Origin: Candidatus Blautia faecigallinarum
Lineage (GTDB): Bacteria; Bacillota; Clostridia; Lachnospirales; Lachnospiraceae
Direction: 5' to 3'
Assembly: GCA_019116385.1 (NCBI GenBank)
Contig: DXBU01000017.1
Location: 2,930 to 66,929, forward strand
Length of the DNA stretch: 64,000 nt
Positions within the stretch are counted from its first letter, which is position 1, and each line of letters opens with the position of its first letter. Shown piece after piece: positions 39,259 to 49,222 of this stretch. Under the pieces are notes generated by a model. It was not told the origin of the DNA and did no database searches. It worked only from the letters and a program-made list of their open reading frames with translations. Made by a program: the position numbers and the translations under genes.

Positions 39259-41035
39259 GTGAGATCCCTCCCTTCTGAAGCGAAGGAGCGCCGGACGCAT
39301 CCTTCTGTCCTTTCATCTGTGACGCATAGATTTCCTGATAGATCGGATCGGAGGCAAGAAGCTCCTGATGGGTTCCCACCGCATGGATCCTGCCGTCGTC
39401 CAGGATGACGATCTTATCTGCTTCCATTACAGAAGTGACCCGCTGGGCGATGATGATCTTTGTCACATCCGGAAGTGACCTTAAGGCGTGGCGGATCTTT
39501 CCTTCTGTGGCTGTATCCACCGCGCTGGTGGAATCATCGAAGATCAGGACCTTAGGGTTCTTCAGCAGAGTCCTGGCGATACAGAGCCGCTGCTTCTGGC
39601 CGCCGGAAATATTTACGCCGCCCTGGCCGAGATCCGTGTCCAGGCCCTTTGGCATGGCGGACAGGAATTCGTCGGCGCAGGCTTTGCGGCAGGCTTCCCA
39701 TAAAGCGTCGTCGTCCGCTTCCTTGTTGCCCCAGAGAAGATTTTCCCGGACCGTTCCGGAAAACAGGACGTTTTTCTGCAGGACGATCCCTACCGCGTCC
39801 CGGAGGGCGGAAAGATCATATTCTTTTACATTATGTCCGCCCACCAGGACGCTTCCCCGGGTGGCGTCGTACAGACGGGGGATAAGCTGTACCAGAGTAG
39901 ATTTGGCGGAGCCGGTCCCGCCGATGATCCCTACGGATTCCCCTGCCCGGATATGGAGATTTACGTGGGACAGGGCGGATTTTTTGGCATTCTGGAAGTA
40001 TTTAAAGGATACGTCCTGAAATAGGATCTCTCCGTCCGGGATTTCCATAACCGGATCTTTTGGGGAATCCAGAGCCGTCTTTTCATCAAGGATCTCGGAA
40101 ATCCTACGGGCGCTGGTCAGAGACCGGGTGAGCATCAGGAAAACATTGGAGATCATCATCAGGGAATTCAGGACCTGGAGCGCATAGCTTAGAAACGCGG
40201 TCAGTTCTCCCACTGTCATGGAACCTGCAAGGATATATCTTCCGCCGTTCCACATGATCAGCACGATAGCCGTATACAGCACCGCCTGAAAGGCCGGAAG
40301 ATTCAGCACCGCGAATTTAAAGGTAGTACAACTGGCGTCCGCCAGTTCCCCGTTCACATCCTGGAATACTTCTGCTTCGTAGTCTCCCCGGACAAAAGCC
40401 TTGATGGCCCGGATGGCCGTAAGACTTTCCTGGATATGGCTGTTCACATGATCCACGGCGGTCTGCTGCCGGTTGTAAAGAGGGCTTACCTTATGGACGA
40501 TAAAGGCCAGGATCACGCCCAGGACCGGCGCCGCGATGATAAACACAAGGGCGAGCCGGGGATTCAGCATCAGAGACAGTCCCACACCCAGGATCAGCAT
40601 CACAGGCCCGCGGACCATGGGACGCAGGCCGCCGTTTACCGCATTCTGCATGACGGTGACGTCCGTGGTCATGCGGGTCACCAGAGAGGGCGTGGAAAAA
40701 TGGTCCAGATTGGAAAAGGCAAAGTCCTGTATCCGGCTGTACTGGGCCAGACGAAGCTCCGCGCCGAAGCCGTAGGCGGCCCGGGCGGCGAATTTGGCAT
40801 AGGCAAGTCCGGAGATCAGAGAAAGGACCGCGCACACCGCCATCTTCCCTCCCTGGAGAAGAAGATAAGGAATGTCCCGGGCCGGGACGCCCACATCTAC
40901 GATATCGGTCATGATCACGGGAATGACCATTTCAAAAGCGCTTTCTATGATCACCAGGAGGACTGCCAGGAAGAAATCCATCCGGTATGGCTTCATATAA
41001 GAAAATATTTTTTTTAGATCCTGCAAAACCTTCAC
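39251..41035 (-). CDS. ABC exporter, fused permease/ATPase (heterodimer subunit 1)
   Basis: Degenerate Walker A GGTGSAKST, ISGGQKQR and FDDSTSAVD. Exact start uncertain. Confidence 0.92.
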   Translation of the reverse strand: MKVLQDLKKIFSYMKPYRMDFFLAVLLVIIESAFEMVIPVIMTDIVDVGVPARDIPYLLLQGGKMAVCAVLSLISGLAYAKFAARAAYGFGAELRLAQYSRIQDFAFSNLDHFSTPSLVTRMTTDVTVMQNAVNGGLRPMVRGPVMLILGVGLSLMLNPRLALVFIIAAPVLGVILAFIVHKVSPLYNRQQTAVDHVNSHIQESLTAIRAIKAFVRGDYEAEVFQDVNGELADASCTTFKFAVLNLPAFQAVLYTAIVLIMWNGGRYILAGSMTVGELTAFLSYALQVLNSLMMISNVFLMLTRSLTSARRISEILDEKTALDSPKDPVMEIPDGEILFQDVSFKYFQNAKKSALSHVNLHIRAGESVGIIGGTGSAKSTLVQLIPRLYDATRGSVLVGGHNVKEYDLSALRDAVGIVLQKNVLFSGTVRENLLWGNKEADDDALWEACRKACADEFLSAMPKGLDTDLGQGGVNISGGQKQRLCIARTLLKNPKVLIFDDSTSAVDTATEGKIRHALRSLPDVTKIIIAQRVTSVMEADKIVILDDGRIHAVGTHQELLASDPIYQEIYASQMKGQKDASGAPSLQKGGISLG

Positions 41036-41038
41036 CTC

Positions 41039-41464
41039 CTAGAGCAGCCGTCCGCCCATGTTCCGGTAGGCGCGGGACAGGTAGTCGGCAAAATGTTCTT
41101 TTTCTTCTCCGGTAAACCCCTGGAGCATACGGGCTTCTATGGTACTGCACTGGTCTTCCCAGGCTTCAAAGGTGGCGACGCCTTTTTCGGTGAGGGAAAC
41201 CTCGCCGGTGCGTCGGTCTGTTCTGGACGGGCGGCGGACAATAAAGCCGTTCCGTTCCAGGATATCCAGAGTACGGCAGATGGCTGCAGGGTCTACCTCG
41301 CAGTAATCGGCAAGAGCCCGCTGGGAAAGGACGCCTTCGGAGTACAGGCACCGAAGGACCTTGGGCTGGCCGGGAGAGAGTCCAAGCTGGCTGAGATAAG
41401 GCCGCAGATAATTCTGCTGGGCGTGCCCCGTCCGGGAGAGCAGGGTGTGAAGTGGATAGTTCAT
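41039..41464 (-). CDS. MarR family transcriptional regulator
   Basis: LGLSPGQPKVL, SQRALADYC, LERNGFIVR...DRR and LTEKG. Confidence 0.9.
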   Translation of the reverse strand: MNYPLHTLLSRTGHAQQNYLRPYLSQLGLSPGQPKVLRCLYSEGVLSQRALADYCEVDPAAICRTLDILERNGFIVRRPSRTDRRTGEVSLTEKGVATFEAWEDQCSTIEARMLQGFTGEEKEHFADYLSRAYRNMGGRLL

Positions 41465-41515
41465 GGATGATCGCTCCTTTTTACAAAAGTTTTAACGCAT
41501 TGTGTGGGACTTACA

Positions 41516-41560
41516 ATTGATAGCTTAATGATTGATATATCTGTAATTGATATATCAATA
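41516..41560. promoter_or_regulatory. Three tandem MarR-type operator palindromes
   Basis: ATTGATAGCTTAAT, ATTGATATATCTGT and ATTGATATATCAAT (perfect palindrome) starting at 41516, 41531 and 41546. Confidence 0.6.
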
Positions 41561-41629
41561 TTATATGCATCATTGTAAAACTGGTGATATACATTGTCAA
41601 TAGAAAAAGGAGCGGCAGGCATCCATGGT

Positions 41630-43735
41630 TTACCCTCGGATCCCAAGCTGCCGGCTGATCCGGCAGAGGGTATGGGTATAGACTCCGTAAAAGAGCCCGG
41701 CAAGGATAAGGATGATCCCCAGGCAGAGCAAAAAACCTTCGACCTCTGTTCTGGAAAACCGCCCGTCATTGGCAAACAGGATCATCCCGTACAGGAAGGA
41801 CATGGCGGTCATGCCGATGAGGGCAGGGAGTTTGAAAACATTTCCGCATTGCTGGCGCAGCTCCTTTAAAAGAAAAGCGGGAGAAGCGCCCAGACGCTTT
41901 AAGTCGTCAAATACATAGCGGTTGTTTATGGCGATAGTCTGGCAGCGGGTATAGCCAATGACCATGGCGGCCGTAAGGCAGATGATGCAGATGAACAGGA
42001 AAGTCATCAAAAACACGGCAAAGGTCTGCAGAAAATCATTTGCAGACAAAATCCGGAATTTCGGCATATACATCCAATACATCCGGAAATCGGGAGCGTC
42101 CGGGCTCAGATGGGACATATCGTTTGCTTCCAGAGCGCGGTAGGAATCCTTTGCTCCCCGTTTTTTGGCATCCATTTCCCCGATCCGGTCATAGTAGACA
42201 GAGGTGAGGCAGTCCTTGCGGAAAGACTTGATGATCCGGTGATACAGCTCCCGGGCAAATTGATAATCATCGTTTCCCGCCATATTAAAGAACACCAGCT
42301 TTCCGCTCCAGTAAGGGGTGAGCCCCTGTGACAGAATGCGGTAATCTGCATCATCCAGTACATACCAGCCCATCTGATCTGCCAGCATACTAAAGTGCAG
42401 ATAATCGGCAAATTCTGCGGAAAGAGTTTTGTGTGTCAGAGGATTGGTAAAGACGGAATCCGAAGAGCTGACCCAGTAAGTGCCGGTTTCCTCCTCATTG
42501 GTAATGGAACAGAAGCTTCCTGCCGGGACATCCGCATCCTGCCCGGTAACAGCATTGTAGGCGGATTCGGAAATAAGCCTGCTTTCAGTCAACATTTCCC
42601 GGTATTCATCGTGAAAACTTCCGTCTTCTTCCTCGATCCGCATCTGGCCGTCCATACCAAGGGTGATATAGGCGCATTCCTTCCAATCGGCGGGAGCGAG
42701 CCCATAGGAATCCGCCAGATCTGTGATTTCCTTTTGGTCCGGGAGCACCTGATCCGCCCGGTAGTGGAATCCGTAGTCGTACAAACGGCCATTGGCTTCC
42801 GAGAGACTGGAGGCGCTTAGAACAGGAATATAAAAAACAGCAAAGCATCCCCCGGCGATCAGCACCGTGCTTACCAGCAGGCTGTTTACCGTCTGCTTTC
42901 CCTGAAATTTCATCATGCTCCTTGCGATGATATTTTTATAAGGATGCTTTCTGCGGGAGGTCCAGCCATGGACCACCGTATGGAGCATGATCATATAAAG
43001 CCCGATGAATACAGGGAGATACGCCGCATTGATCCAGGCAGGAGGGTATTTTTTAAAAAGTGTCATATAAATAGAACCGGAATAATAACCCAGGACCGCC
43101 CCGCCTGCTAAAAGCAGGATCCCTGCCGGCCCGCACCACCGGCCAAGCTCCTTCACCGGCTCATTTTTGTGCTCCTCCTGTACCACATCCATAATGTTGG
43201 TGCGCCGGAGATAGACAAAAGCCAGTATACAGGCAAAGGCCGTTACCACCAGGAACATGGCCCCGGAGAGGAACAGAAAACGAAAATCCAGGATCAGTTC
43301 CATTTCCGCGCTGTCCACAAGAAAAGTCCGAAAGAGCTCCCAAAGAACGATCACCAGAGGGATCCCGGCCAGGATCCCCGCAAAGGAGGAAGCGCCGCTT
43401 AAAAGGAGCACCTGGGTGAAAAGTCCCGGGGCGAGCCTTCGCCTGGAAGCGCCCAGCGCCATAAGGATGCCAAGCTGCCTGGATTTTTTGCGGAAGAATA
43501 AGGTGGAGGCATAGACCGTAAATACAATACATCCCACCAGCGCCAGGACAAAGATCGCATACATCTGTTTGAGGCTGTCCCCTCCCTCCGGGAAGATATT
43601 CAAAACGGTGGGAGAAAACATCATGGCGGAATAGGCGGTGATCAGCATAAGGGAAATAAAATTGCAGAACAGGTATAAAACAGCCTGCTTCACCTCAGCT
43701 TTTTGAAGTTTGCGTTCTAAATAGGAAAAAGTCAT
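41630..43735 (-). CDS. FtsX-like ABC transporter permease (peptide antibiotic resistance type)
   Basis: RKKSRQLGILMALGASRR and LKRLGAS; about 10 TM helices with a large extracellular loop. Confidence 0.85.
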   Translation of the reverse strand: MTFSYLERKLQKAEVKQAVLYLFCNFISLMLITAYSAMMFSPTVLNIFPEGGDSLKQMYAIFVLALVGCIVFTVYASTLFFRKKSRQLGILMALGASRRRLAPGLFTQVLLLSGASSFAGILAGIPLVIVLWELFRTFLVDSAEMELILDFRFLFLSGAMFLVVTAFACILAFVYLRRTNIMDVVQEEHKNEPVKELGRWCGPAGILLLAGGAVLGYYSGSIYMTLFKKYPPAWINAAYLPVFIGLYMIMLHTVVHGWTSRRKHPYKNIIARSMMKFQGKQTVNSLLVSTVLIAGGCFAVFYIPVLSASSLSEANGRLYDYGFHYRADQVLPDQKEITDLADSYGLAPADWKECAYITLGMDGQMRIEEEDGSFHDEYREMLTESRLISESAYNAVTGQDADVPAGSFCSITNEEETGTYWVSSSDSVFTNPLTHKTLSAEFADYLHFSMLADQMGWYVLDDADYRILSQGLTPYWSGKLVFFNMAGNDDYQFARELYHRIIKSFRKDCLTSVYYDRIGEMDAKKRGAKDSYRALEANDMSHLSPDAPDFRMYWMYMPKFRILSANDFLQTFAVFLMTFLFICIICLTAAMVIGYTRCQTIAINNRYVFDDLKRLGASPAFLLKELRQQCGNVFKLPALIGMTAMSFLYGMILFANDGRFSRTEVEGFLLCLGIILILAGLFYGVYTHTLCRISRQLGIRG

Positions 43736-43765
43736 GTGAATACATCTCCTTTCTGCGTCAGGTAT

Positions 43766-44539
43766 TCAGGATCTGGAAGTATCCGGTTCCTCTTCCCGGC
43801 TCATTTCCCGGATGGCGTCAAGGAGCAGATCGTGGAAGTGCCGCTGGTCTCCCGGGTTCTCCAGTTGCTGGTATATGCACCCGTCCCGCAAAAGGATCAC
43901 CCGGTCGCAAAAGGAAGCGGAAAAACTGTCATGGGTCACCATAAAAATAGTGGCGCCCATCTGCTGCTTGGCATTTTCAAAGGCTTCGATGACTGTGCGG
44001 CTGGAACGGCTGTCCAGATTGCCGGTTGGTTCGTCCGCCAGGATCATAAGAGGATGGTTGATGAGGCTGCGGGCCACAGCCGTCCGCTGCCGTTCCCCTC
44101 CGGAAACCTCGGCGGGATATTTGTCCGCTATGAGGCTGATGCCAAAAAGACGGATCAGCCGGTCTGCAAGGGCTTCGCCCTCCCGGTCCGCCTTTCCCTG
44201 TATGATCCGGGGAACCAGAATGTTTTCCTTTACGGTCAGCCCGTCTAAGAGCATGAAGTCCTGAAAGACAAAGCCCAGCTTCTCATTCCGCACCTTGGCA
44301 AGATGCGTCTCATCCATGCCCTTCAGCTCCTGTCCGCCCAGAGCGATCCTTCCCTCTTCAAAGGGAATATAGCAGGAAATGCAATTTAAGAGCGTGCTTT
44401 TTCCTGAGCCGGAAGGCCCCATCACTGCCACAAATTCTCCCTTGGCTACCGAAAGACTGACGCCTTTGAGCACAGGATAGTTTTTCTTTCCTACAAGATA
44501 GGACTTTTTCAGATCCTTTACATATAACATGTCATTCAC
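43766..44539 (-). CDS. ABC transporter ATPase (LolD/BceA-like)
   Basis: GPSGSGKSTLL, VSGGERQRTAVAR and ADEPTGNLDS. Confidence 0.93.
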   Translation of the reverse strand: MNDMLYVKDLKKSYLVGKKNYPVLKGVSLSVAKGEFVAVMGPSGSGKSTLLNCISCYIPFEEGRIALGGQELKGMDETHLAKVRNEKLGFVFQDFMLLDGLTVKENILVPRIIQGKADREGEALADRLIRLFGISLIADKYPAEVSGGERQRTAVARSLINHPLMILADEPTGNLDSRSSRTVIEAFENAKQQMGATIFMVTHDSFSASFCDRVILLRDGCIYQQLENPGDQRHFHDLLLDAIREMSREEEPDTSRS

Positions 44540-44603
44540 CTTCTCTTTCTATATTGTTCTTTAAGACCACGATAACATAAAAAATCCGGCGGAAGATCCG
44601 GCA

Positions 44604-44681
44604 TGTAAAGAACGGCGCCGCCTTTGTAAAGAAGGACATGCTCCTGCAGAAAATGTAAAGAACCGCGTCTGTGGTGTAAAG
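44604..44681. promoter_or_regulatory. Two pairs of TGTAAAG direct repeats (21-bp period), candidate response-regulator sites
   Basis: TGTAAAG at 44604/44625 and 44654/44675, between the divergent ABC and LytTR genes. Confidence 0.6.
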
Positions 44682-44784
44682 TTTGGAAGCGCCATGTCTC
44701 TAAAGGCGGGAGAACATAATTGTAAGGAAAAAAGGAAATTGTTATAATGGATCCAGGAAAATAAGAGATAAAAAGGAGGATCAG

Positions 44785-45510
44785 ATGGACAGTATGTTAA
44801 GGATCGGGATCTGCGACGATGAAACAGCAGCCCGGGACCAGCTTCGTTTTGGCCTGGAAAAGATACTCCATGAGGACAGAGAAAAGATCGTTTATGAATT
44901 CAGCTCCGGAAGAAGCGCCGCAAGCTGGCTTAAGAACCATCCGGGAGAGATCGACCTTCTCTTCCTGGACGTGGAGATGCAGCCGCCGAACGGCATGGAG
45001 ACAGCCAGGCAGATCCGGTCTTTTGACCGGGAGATCCTGATCGTGTTTGTGACCGGGTATAAGGATTATGTATTTGAAGGATATGAGGTGGGAGCCCTGG
45101 ACTATGTGATAAAGCCGCCGGAGCCGGAAAAACTGCGGCAGATCCTGGAGCGGGCCGGGGAGAGCCTTGGAAAGAAGACAGATAAAATGTTCCTGTGCAA
45201 AAATACAGAAGGCACCTACCGGATGCCGCTGGCGCAGATCTCCTGTTTTTACAGTGACCGCCGCAAGGTCGTCCTGGTTTACGGAGACAGGGAATATGCC
45301 TTTTATGGGAAGCTGGACGACATACAGGAGCAGGCGGGAAGCAGATTTGTGCGGATACATCAGCGCTATCTTGTAAATGCGGACCGGGTGGAGCATATCG
45401 GAAAGGATTCCGTTCTGGCAGGCGGCAGAGCGTATCCTGTCAGCAGGAGCATGAAAAATGAAGCTATGGCCGCATTTGCCAGGGCGATGCTGGAGGAAAA
45501 AAACAGATGA
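44785..45510 (+). CDS. LytTR family response regulator
   Basis: ICDDE, LFLDVEM, VFVTG, KP, and FVRIHQRYLVN LytTR motif. Confidence 0.93.
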   Translation: MDSMLRIGICDDETAARDQLRFGLEKILHEDREKIVYEFSSGRSAASWLKNHPGEIDLLFLDVEMQPPNGMETARQIRSFDREILIVFVTGYKDYVFEGYEVGALDYVIKPPEPEKLRQILERAGESLGKKTDKMFLCKNTEGTYRMPLAQISCFYSDRRKVVLVYGDREYAFYGKLDDIQEQAGSRFVRIHQRYLVNADRVEHIGKDSVLAGGRAYPVSRSMKNEAMAAFARAMLEEKNR

Positions 45511-46829
45511 AATGGACACCCTATCTTGCAGGCATTCTTCCTTTTGGGGAACTGTTCAAGGGCGGAAAGCTGTTTTGGTGGCTGCTCTGTACGGCAGGCG
45601 TGATCTTTTGCATTTACCGTACAGTGGGCTGTTTTCTGGAAATACGAAGGAGACTTCCCGCCAGGATCCTGCTGATGGCAGGCTGCATGGTGACCGGAAT
45701 GATGATCATTTATCTGGCGGATATGGATAATCTGCCCCCTGCCATGGCGGTATTTCTGGCTGCGGTCTGGCTGGGCTGCGGCGGAAGCCCGATGAAACGG
45801 ATCACCATAGGATTGATCATTTCCTGTACCGTATTTACTTATAATGCGCTGATCGATAACTACCTGCTGTATGGGCTAAGGCACAATACAGGAACGGCCG
45901 CAGAGATTTTATCGGGATTCTTGCGTCTGGCTTTCAGCGGGGTCTTGTATATCTGTGCCAGGTATTTTTCCCCGAAACACAAAGATTTTGAATTGTCCCG
46001 GGCCCTGTGGAGGATCCTGCTGCTGCTTACTGCCGCGCCTGTGGGGATCGTTCTTTGTATCGTGCTGTTATCCCGATACGGAGAGATCCGCAATGACATT
46101 CAGGATATGGCCCTTCTGGGCCTGTCGCTTTTTTCTTTTGCCGGGCTTTTGGGAACAACGGCGGTCCTGGCGCGCCAGAAAGAGCTGGAAGAAGAACAGA
46201 ACTTCTTCCGGCTGAACGAAAAATATTATAAGACGTTAAAGGAACAGAATTTTGAAGTAAGAAGGATCAAGCATGACCTTGCCAATCACCTGCAGACCAT
46301 CCTTTCCCTTCCGAAAAAGGAAAGAGAGGATTATATAAAAAGCCTGCTGGACAACCCGGCAGCTTATCGGACAATGCGTTACTGCGGAGACGATACGGTA
46401 AATATCATCCTTTCCGCGAAAGAAGCACTCATGGAGCAAAAAGGGATAGAATTTCGTCTCGCCCTGGATATCCCCGGTCCCCTTCCTATAGAAAAAACAG
46501 ATATCTGCGCGATCCTGGGAAATGCGCTGGATAACGCTATAGAAGGGGTATCTGCCCTGCCGGAAGAGAAGGATCCGGCAGGCGCGGCAAGGTATATCTC
46601 CCTGGAAGGAAGGTATGCCAAGGGGATTTTCGCACTGAAAATAGAAAATCCCGGGAAGGAACCTGCCCTGCCGGACCGGCACGGCCTTTTCAGGACCACG
46701 AAAAAATATGGGGAGCTCCACGGATATGGATTATTAAGCATAAAAGAAGCGGTAAAAAGATATGAGGGGAATCTGGATGCCAGATGGGAAGAAGGGAAAT
46801 TTATCCTGTTCTTGTATCTGCATTTATAG
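45507..46829 (+). CDS. GHKL sensor histidine kinase (AgrC/VirS-like)
   Basis: About 7 TM helices, RRIKHDLANH, ILGNALDNAIE and HGYGLLSI. Confidence 0.9.
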   Translation: MKWTPYLAGILPFGELFKGGKLFWWLLCTAGVIFCIYRTVGCFLEIRRRLPARILLMAGCMVTGMMIIYLADMDNLPPAMAVFLAAVWLGCGGSPMKRITIGLIISCTVFTYNALIDNYLLYGLRHNTGTAAEILSGFLRLAFSGVLYICARYFSPKHKDFELSRALWRILLLLTAAPVGIVLCIVLLSRYGEIRNDIQDMALLGLSLFSFAGLLGTTAVLARQKELEEEQNFFRLNEKYYKTLKEQNFEVRRIKHDLANHLQTILSLPKKEREDYIKSLLDNPAAYRTMRYCGDDTVNIILSAKEALMEQKGIEFRLALDIPGPLPIEKTDICAILGNALDNAIEGVSALPEEKDPAGAARYISLEGRYAKGIFALKIENPGKEPALPDRHGLFRTTKKYGELHGYGLLSIKEAVKRYEGNLDARWEEGKFILFLYLHL

Positions 46830-46865
46830 ATGCCCCGGCAAGCAGCCGGTTTCCCGCGGCGAAAG

Positions 46866-46902
46866 AAAAGGCCCCTGTACCATTGGATACAGAGGCCGTT
46901 TT
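46866..46902. terminator. Bidirectional terminator
   Basis: aaaaggcccctgta ... tacagaggccgtttt. Confidence 0.6.
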
Positions 46903-46910
46903 GCTGCGGC

Positions 46911-48266
46911 TTACAGAAGTGCAAGCAAAACAAAGTTCAGGATAAACAATCCGGTACATACCCAGAGGATCGGATGTACATCCTTTGTCTTTCCTTTGCA
47001 GATCTTTACGATGCAGTAGAAGATGAAGCCTGCGGCGATGCCGTAGGAGATGCTGTAGCAAAGCGCCATGAAGATACCTGCAAAGAATGCCGGGATCGCT
47101 TCGTCAAGATTGTTCCATTCAATATCCTTAAAGGAAGAAACCATCATGATACCTACGGATACCAGGGCAGGAGCGGTTGCTGCAAAAGGAACCGCACTGA
47201 CAAAGGTTGCCAGGAATGCGGAGAGGGCGAAGCAGATAGCCACTACCACAGAGGTAAGTCCGGTTCTTCCGCCTGCTCCGATACCGGAAGCACTTTCTAC
47301 GAAGGTGGTGGTATTGGAGGTTCCGAACAGCGCGCCGATAGAGGTTGCGGTAGCATCCGCGAACAGGGCCTTGTCCAGTCTGGATTTAAATCCGGTGGAG
47401 GTTTCCATCAGACGCTCATCCTCTTCACTGAAAATACCGCTGCGGCGTCCTGTTCCGATGAAGGTTCCAAGAGTATCAAAGGTATCAGAGATACTGAAGG
47501 AAAAGATCGTGATCAGCACCAGCGGAAGCTTGGCCGGGTCTGTAAACAGGCTTCCCAGACCGCCTTCTTTAAAGATGGCAAGGAACGTGGTGGGAAGAGC
47601 CTGACAGGCTTCTGTAAAGCTTACCGTATCCTGAGGGCTGGTAACGCCGGCCGGGATACCAACCAGGGTCGTTACGATGATGGAGATCAGGATCGCGCCT
47701 TTTACATTCAGCACCAGCAGGATGATGGTCAGAGCCAGGCCGAAGATAAATACTAAAAAGGAAGGCTGATTCAGGGTAGAAAGAGCCGGCACGCCGCCGT
47801 CAAAATTAATGATCCCTACATTCAGCAGACCTATGTACGCCACAAAGATACCAATGCCGCCGCCGATGGCGTTCTGCAGGCTCAGCGGGATGGATTTGAT
47901 GATGAATTTACGTACCTTTGTCACAGTGATGATGATATTAAGGATACCGCAGATGAAAACCATGGAAAGGGCCTGCTGCCAGGTGAATTCCAGGGCAAAG
48001 CATACGGTGTACACGAAGAATGCGTTCAGTCCCATGCCGGGAGCCTGCGCATATGGCACATTTGCCACAAGGCCCATCACCAGTGTACCGATGATGGATG
48101 CGATGATCGTTGCAAGAAATACCGCGCCCCATTCCATACCGGACTGGGAGAGGATACTGGGGTTGACCACGATGATGTAGGACATCGCAAAGAATGTGGT
48201 CAGTCCGGCTACGATTTCGGTAGAGACAGTTGTGCCGTTTGCTTTAAGCTTGAAAAAATTTTCCAT
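46911..48266 (-). CDS. NCS2 family purine permease (PbuG/AzgA-like)
   Basis: AGLTTFFAMSYI, APGMGLNAFF and TTTFVESASGIGAGGRTGL. Confidence 0.92.
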   Translation of the reverse strand: MENFFKLKANGTTVSTEIVAGLTTFFAMSYIIVVNPSILSQSGMEWGAVFLATIIASIIGTLVMGLVANVPYAQAPGMGLNAFFVYTVCFALEFTWQQALSMVFICGILNIIITVTKVRKFIIKSIPLSLQNAIGGGIGIFVAYIGLLNVGIINFDGGVPALSTLNQPSFLVFIFGLALTIILLVLNVKGAILISIIVTTLVGIPAGVTSPQDTVSFTEACQALPTTFLAIFKEGGLGSLFTDPAKLPLVLITIFSFSISDTFDTLGTFIGTGRRSGIFSEEDERLMETSTGFKSRLDKALFADATATSIGALFGTSNTTTFVESASGIGAGGRTGLTSVVVAICFALSAFLATFVSAVPFAATAPALVSVGIMMVSSFKDIEWNNLDEAIPAFFAGIFMALCYSISYGIAAGFIFYCIVKICKGKTKDVHPILWVCTGLFILNFVLLALL

Positions 48267-48475
48267 ATCGTTCTCCTTCTCTTTTATAAAATTTTTATAA
48301 ATAATATCATAAAAAAGTGTAAAAGGCTATAGGGGATTTGAAAATTCCTGCAAATGTGGATAAAAATGTCGAAAATTATGACATATTTTGGCGGGACGGA
48401 AATTAAAGATTGAGTCCCGTCCGGGTAGAGTGTATACTTATCATAGGACCATAAAATCACAGGAGGAGATCGGAT

Positions 48476-48985
48476 ATGGGCATATTTAAGATCGAACAGG
48501 GAGACATCACCCAGTACCATGTAGACGCCATAGCCAACGCGGCCAATACTTCGCTCCTGGGCGGCGGAGGCGTGGATGGAGCTATCCACAGAGCAGCCGG
48601 CCCGGAGCTTTTAGAAGAGTGCAGGACATTAAACGGCTGTGCCACCGGCCAGGCGAAGATCACAAAGGGCTACCGGCTGCCGGCCAGATATGTGCTCCAT
48701 ACCCCGGGACCTATATGGCGGGGCGGGAACTGCCATGAAGCAGAACTGCTTGCATCCTGTTACGAAAACTGCCTGAAGCTGGCAGAAGAATACGGCTGCA
48801 GAACCGTGGCCTTTCCCTCCATCAGCACAGGCGTCTACCATTTTCCTCTGAAACAGGCAGCCGGGATCGCGGTGAAAACCATCCGGGATTTTCTTGCCCG
48901 CAGCCGTACCGTGGAGGAGGTCACCATGGTGTGCTTTAACCAGGAGACTTACCTGGCCTATAAAGAAGCAGACTTAAAAATTTGA
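48476..48985 (+). CDS. Macrodomain protein (O-acetyl-ADP-ribose deacetylase / ADP-ribosylhydrolase)
   Basis: [20 protein letters not shown] and [10 protein letters not shown]. Confidence 0.93.
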   Translation: MGIFKIEQGDITQYHVDAIANAANTSLLGGGGVDGAIHRAAGPELLEECRTLNGCATGQAKITKGYRLPARYVLHTPGPIWRGGNCHEAELLASCYENCLKLAEEYGCRTVAFPSISTGVYHFPLKQAAGIAVKTIRDFLARSRTVEEVTMVCFNQETYLAYKEADLKI

Positions 48986-49046
48986 CTTTTTGAGAAAAAT
49001 ATGATATTTTAGTAAACAGCTATACAGGAAGGATGTGATTTCTTAC

Positions 49047-49133
49047 ATGGACGACGGTGCGGATGCCGATTGTAAATGGTATATGATAAATCGAAAAAAT
49101 AGAACTGCTCCATGTAGCGTTATGGATATATAG
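49047..49133 (+). CDS. Candidate 28-aa leader peptide (MDDGADADCKWYMINRKNRTAPCSVMDI)
   Basis: AAGGATGTGAT near-perfect SD 6-7 nt upstream. The stop is 4 nt before a terminator-like hairpin. Translation is not demonstrated. Confidence 0.4.
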   Translation: MDDGADADCKWYMINRKNRTAPCSVMDI

Positions 49134-49137
49134 AGGT

Positions 49138-49185
49138 GTAGTCTGTCCTCCCGAGAGGACAGGCTATGCCTTTTGTTGCTTTTTT
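49138..49185 (+). terminator. Candidate attenuator hairpin in the corC/hlyC leader
   Basis: gtagtctgtcctc-ccga-gaggacaggctat followed by a T-rich tract. Confidence 0.55.
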
Positions 49186-49222
49186 AGCGCTATAGATAAA
49201 CGATGGAATTTGGAGGAGTAAA

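Noticed and set aside
48267-48475. Purine riboswitch expected upstream of the NCS2 permease
   Set aside because: The conserved aptamer core (TATAAT...GATATGG...TTTCTACC...CCGTAAA) is not visible on the minus strand.
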